Source: Streptosporangiaceae bacterium (GTDB lineage Bacteria; Actinomycetota; Actinomycetes; Streptosporangiales; Streptosporangiaceae). Taken from it: a DNA stretch of 64,000 bases. The translations under genes and the position numbers were made by a program. Of this stretch, positions 61,054 through 64,000 are shown piece by piece (position 1 is the stretch's first letter; each line of letters begins with the position of its first letter). The stretch is from NCBI GenBank assembly GCA_036375995.1, contig DASVBE010000095.1, positions 6,245 through 70,244 of the forward strand, read 5' to 3'. The notes under the pieces were generated by a model. It did no database searches and was not told the DNA's origin. It worked only from the letters and a program-made list of their open reading frames with translations.

Positions 61054-61598
61054 GTGACCTCCATGAGATCTTGCGCAGGCATCAGGGCGGGGCTGTCCCG
61101 ATACCATGATCGGCGGAACTCACCGGGCCCCTGGCGTGCGGGGTGCCGGCCGGCTGGTGGCCAGTCCGGCTGACCGCGCCGTGTTCCGGGCCCGCTGCCC
61201 TCCCCCGGGCTGAGATGCCCCAGCACCCCAGCACGTCACGCAAGTACCGTTGCTGCCAGATAGTAACGACTCTGCAGCCCGGGTGCCGACTTTGGCACAT
61301 TTGCGGGCCAGGCAGAGGGCTGAGCGGCGGGCCGGGATTGGCCATCTGGCCTCCATTGGGACATTACGGCCAGTCTGACATCTTCCACGTCATCCTCAAA
61401 TCGTTTGCTTACCCAGCCCATGGGGGTGGCCTGAGCTGCGGGGGCCTGGCCGGGCGGCGGGCCCGGGCGGGCTGGCGGGAGCCGGGCGGCGGCGCTGAAT
61501 AACGGTTATGGCGCCGGGCGGCGGGGTTAACGGCGGCCGATTCAGCGCGCTGGCGATGGCCGAATCGGGCACGGAGAGTGCTCACATGGTGAACGTTG

Positions 61599-62135
61599 TC
61601 AGCGGCGAAAGGCGCAGGCTTGCAGGTGGTCGTTGACCACCCCGGTGGCCTGCATGGCCGCGTAGGCGGTGACCGGGCCGGTGAAGGTGAAGCCGGCCCG
61701 CTTGAGCTCGCGGGACAGCGCCTTGGAGGCAGGTGTCCAGGCGGGGACGTCGGCGAGCGTTACCGGCGCCGGATGGTCGTCGGCGGCGTATTGCCAGACC
61801 AGCGCGGACAGGCCGCCGGGCAGGCTCAGCGCGGCCCGGGCGTTGGTGATCGCGGCGTCGATCTTGGCCCGGTTCCTGACGATGCCCGCGTCCGCCAGCA
61901 GCCGGTCCCGGTCCTGCGGCCCGAACGCGGCGACCGTGGCCAGGTCGAAGCCGGCGAACGCGGCCCGGAATGCGGCCCGCTTGCGCAGGATCGTCAGCCA
62001 GGACAGGCCGGACTGGAAGGCCTCCAGGCAGAACCGCTCGAACATGGCCTCGTCGCCGCGCACCGGTGTGCCCCACTCGGTGTCGTGGTAGGCCTGCAGG
62101 TCGGCGGTAGACAAGGCCCAGGGGCAGCGGGCCAG
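61599..62135 (-). CDS. tag: DNA-3-methyladenine glycosylase I (Tag); start codon non-canonical or unresolved
   Basis: ...(L)ARCPWALSTADLQAYHDTEWGTP...FQSGLSWLTILRKR...GIVRNRAKI...FTGPVTAYAAMQATGVVNDHLQACAF. The track ORF starts at TTG 62114, downstream of the Zn-ligand Cys. CTG 62135 (or CTG 62177) is the nearest in-frame candidate. Confidence 0.8.
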   Translation of the reverse strand: MARCPWALSTADLQAYHDTEWGTPVRGDEAMFERFCLEAFQSGLSWLTILRKRAAFRAAFAGFDLATVAAFGPQDRDRLLADAGIVRNRAKIDAAITNARAALSLPGGLSALVWQYAADDHPAPVTLADVPAWTPASKALSRELKRAGFTFTGPVTAYAAMQATGVVNDHLQACAFRR

Positions 62136-62173
62136 CCCGTCGGGCCCGGTTTCGGCACCCCGGCCCGGCGTGG

Positions 62174-63301
62174 TCAGGGCTGCTCCCCGGGGTCGTGGGC
62201 GGTGTCGTAGGGGCCGGCGGCGGGGTCGTGGGCGTCGGCGGGGTGCGGGGCGGCGGCGGGCGGTGCGTCGTCCTGGGCGGCCGGCTGCTCGGTGCGCCGC
62301 TGCCAGACCAGCCAGGGGTTGGCCTCCGCGCTGGGCTCCGGTGCCCCCGGCCGGTCGGCCAGTTCCCGGTGCAGCACGCTCGGCCGGGACGGCATCGAGC
62401 CCTGAATCGGCCCGTGGGTTCCGGCTGAGGGGCCGGGCGGGGCCTGGGGGTCCGTGGGGGCGGGTGCGGCCGTCCGGGACGGCGCTGGCCGGGACGGCGC
62501 TGGCCGGGACGGCAGCTGTCCTGACGGCTGGGCGGGCCTAGACGGCAGCCCGGCGGCCGGCGGCCCGGCGGGGCCCGCCGGGGTGGCGGTCTGGGTCTGG
62601 TCCTGGCCGCTCAGGGGAATGTGCGGCATGGAGCTGTTCGGCATGGGCTCGGGGAGCAGCGACCCGGCCTTGGTGGTGGCCTTCGGCGGCCAGGACGAAA
62701 CGGGCCGGGACGGCAGCGGCGACGCGGACGCCTGCGCCTGCGGGTGCTGCGGCGTCTGCCACGGGACGCCCGCGGGTGGCGCGGCGGGCGGTTCCGCGGG
62801 CAGCCGGGCGGGCGGCCTGGTCGGCGGCCTGGTCGGCAGGCCGGCCTTGGTCACCGGACCGGTCACCGGCCCACTGGCGTCGGGCTGTGGACCGGCCCCG
62901 AAGCCGGGCCCCGGCGGCGGCTCTGGCCGCATGGTGTCGGCCCGCAGCGCGGGGTCGGCCCGCGTTGCGGGATCCGCGCACGGTCCGGGGTCGGCCCGCA
63001 GCGCCGGGCTGGTCCGGACCGGGAGCTGCTCGGCAAGCTGGCGGCGCAGGGTGGCGATCTCCACCTCGCGTTCGGAGATAGCCCGGGCAATCTGGCCGAA
63101 CGCCGCGTCGGTGGCCTCCCGGTGGTAGCCGAACAGCGCAGTTGGCGGCCGCATCAGCGCCACGTCGGTCGAGGTGACCTCGTCCAGCTCGACCGGCCGG
63201 TAGTCGGCCTCGGCTGGGTCAAGCTCGCCGCCGCGGCCCACCGCAACGGCAATGACGCCAATCAGGATGACGGCGGCGACAGCGAGCAGGACCACGGGCA
63301 C
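62174..63301 (-). CDS. DivIVA-domain membrane protein with long Pro-rich C-terminal tail
   Basis: GTG at 63301 (or 63295). TM PVVLLAVAAVILIGVIAVAV, then ...DVALMRPPTALFGYHREATDAAFGQIARAISEREVEIATLRRQLAE..., then about 270 aa of Pro/Ala/Ser-rich tail. The upstream part of the 596-aa track ORF is antisense to the FolP-like gene. Confidence 0.7.
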   Translation of the reverse strand: MPVVLLAVAAVILIGVIAVAVGRGGELDPAEADYRPVELDEVTSTDVALMRPPTALFGYHREATDAAFGQIARAISEREVEIATLRRQLAEQLPVRTSPALRADPGPCADPATRADPALRADTMRPEPPPGPGFGAGPQPDASGPVTGPVTKAGLPTRPPTRPPARLPAEPPAAPPAGVPWQTPQHPQAQASASPLPSRPVSSWPPKATTKAGSLLPEPMPNSSMPHIPLSGQDQTQTATPAGPAGPPAAGLPSRPAQPSGQLPSRPAPSRPAPSRTAAPAPTDPQAPPGPSAGTHGPIQGSMPSRPSVLHRELADRPGAPEPSAEANPWLVWQRRTEQPAAQDDAPPAAAPHPADAHDPAAGPYDTAHDPGEQP

Positions 63302-63327
63302 AGAAGAAATCGTGCCATGCTCCAGCC

Positions 63328-63960
63328 ATGAACAGGACCTCAGCGCGGCCGCCCGGCCGGCGAACCGCGCTGATGGTGGTCGCGGACACGGCCGCGGCGG
63401 CGAGCAGCGCGGTGGATGAGGGAGCGGACCTGATCGACCTGACCGGCGCGGCTCCGGCCGAGGTCGCCGCGTTCCGGCAGGCACATCCCGGCATCCCGGT
63501 CTGCGCGGACGGGGACGGCGGTCAGGCCGGCCTGACCAGGGACCCGGCCGTCGCGGCCGCCAGCGGCGCCCGGCTGATCTGCGCCCGCCAGGAAGAAGCC
63601 GCACGGTCCGGCCTGCCGCCGGAGCGGCTGCTGATCGAGACCTCCCCAGCCGGCCTGATGGCCGCGCTGGCCGGCGGCTACCCGGTCCTGGTGGACCTGC
63701 CCGGCACCGGCGCCCGGCCCGGCCTGACGTTCCCGGACGACGGGACAGCCCCGGACGACGGGACAGCCCTGGACGAGGCCGCTGTACCGGGGGACGGGCC
63801 GCCGGGGCCGGCGGCGCTGGCCGTGGCGGCGCTGAGCGGGTGGCTGGGGGCGGCCGCGGTGCGGACGCGCCACCCGCAGCCCGTGCGGCGCGCCCTGGAC
63901 CTGACCGATTCGGTGCGCGGGGTGCGCCCACCCGCGCGGACCGTACGCGGGCTGGCCTGA
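63328..63960 (+). CDS. Short dihydropteroate-synthase-like (FolP2-like, pterin-binding fold) protein, probably non-catalytic
   Basis: 210 aa. C-terminal ...LSGWLGAAAVRTRHPQPVRRALDLTDSVRG resembles the DHPS C-terminus. The N-terminal DHPS motifs are not recognisable. In-frame 18-bp duplication (PDDGTA x2). The position next to the DivIVA-like gene and tag mirrors the mycobacterial folP2 region as I recall it. Confidence 0.45.
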   Translation: MNRTSARPPGRRTALMVVADTAAAASSAVDEGADLIDLTGAAPAEVAAFRQAHPGIPVCADGDGGQAGLTRDPAVAAASGARLICARQEEAARSGLPPERLLIETSPAGLMAALAGGYPVLVDLPGTGARPGLTFPDDGTAPDDGTALDEAAVPGDGPPGPAALAVAALSGWLGAAAVRTRHPQPVRRALDLTDSVRGVRPPARTVRGLA

Positions 63961-64000
63961 GCACCGACCGCGCCTGAACCCCGGCCGTGCCTGAGCCCGG

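Noticed and set aside
61236-61421. 61-aa ORF (MGWVSKRFEDDVEDV...) as a real gene.
   Set aside because: No recognisable family and no clear RBS. Codon usage is strongly atypical for this genome (many A/T-ending codons). It is mentioned only within the spacer finding.

Overview
Very GC-rich actinobacterial chromosomal DNA (GC not computed). It is densely coding on both strands, with about 60 supported genes and one tmRNA. I saw no rRNA, tRNA or CRISPR array.

The backbone is housekeeping synteny familiar from mycobacteria and streptomycetes:
- a polyamine-type ABC transporter
- prfB ... ftsE-ftsX-smpB-(PBP-like gene)-ssrA
- acetoacetyl-CoA synthetase-kynA-giant NAD-GDH
- pruA
- ku
- TetR-DUF3107 ... 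DEAD-box helicase
- a RecB-like nuclease, MBL, PHP and NUDIX cluster
- mrp-tatB-RseB-like-anti-sigma-sigE, divergent from an O-methyltransferase
- pepA-DUF3117
- tag-DivIVA-like-FolP2-like

Two patches look accessory. One is 6.1-11.6 kb, next to the ssrA 3' end. The other is 56.5-61.6 kb, a WhiJ-type XRE/DUF397/ATPase island.

Most notable observations:
1. The housekeeping RF2 has Ser-Lys-Tyr where the conserved Ser-Pro-Phe stop-codon-reading tripeptide should be.
2. A 1319-aa PBP-fold protein sits between smpB and ssrA. All three catalytic boxes are substituted, and a Pro-rich repeat region of about 700 aa precedes its single TM helix.
3. A 23/24-nt inverted repeat pair exactly brackets a leaderless HTH + Clp_N-only two-gene unit.
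4. A 168-bp MITE-like palindrome abuts the stop codon of an orphan vsr.
5. tag has no canonical start codon upstream of its Zn-ligand cysteine.

Many long alternative-frame ORFs in the supplied track are GC-driven shadow ORFs and are not reported. All family calls rest on motif recognition by eye; no searches were run.
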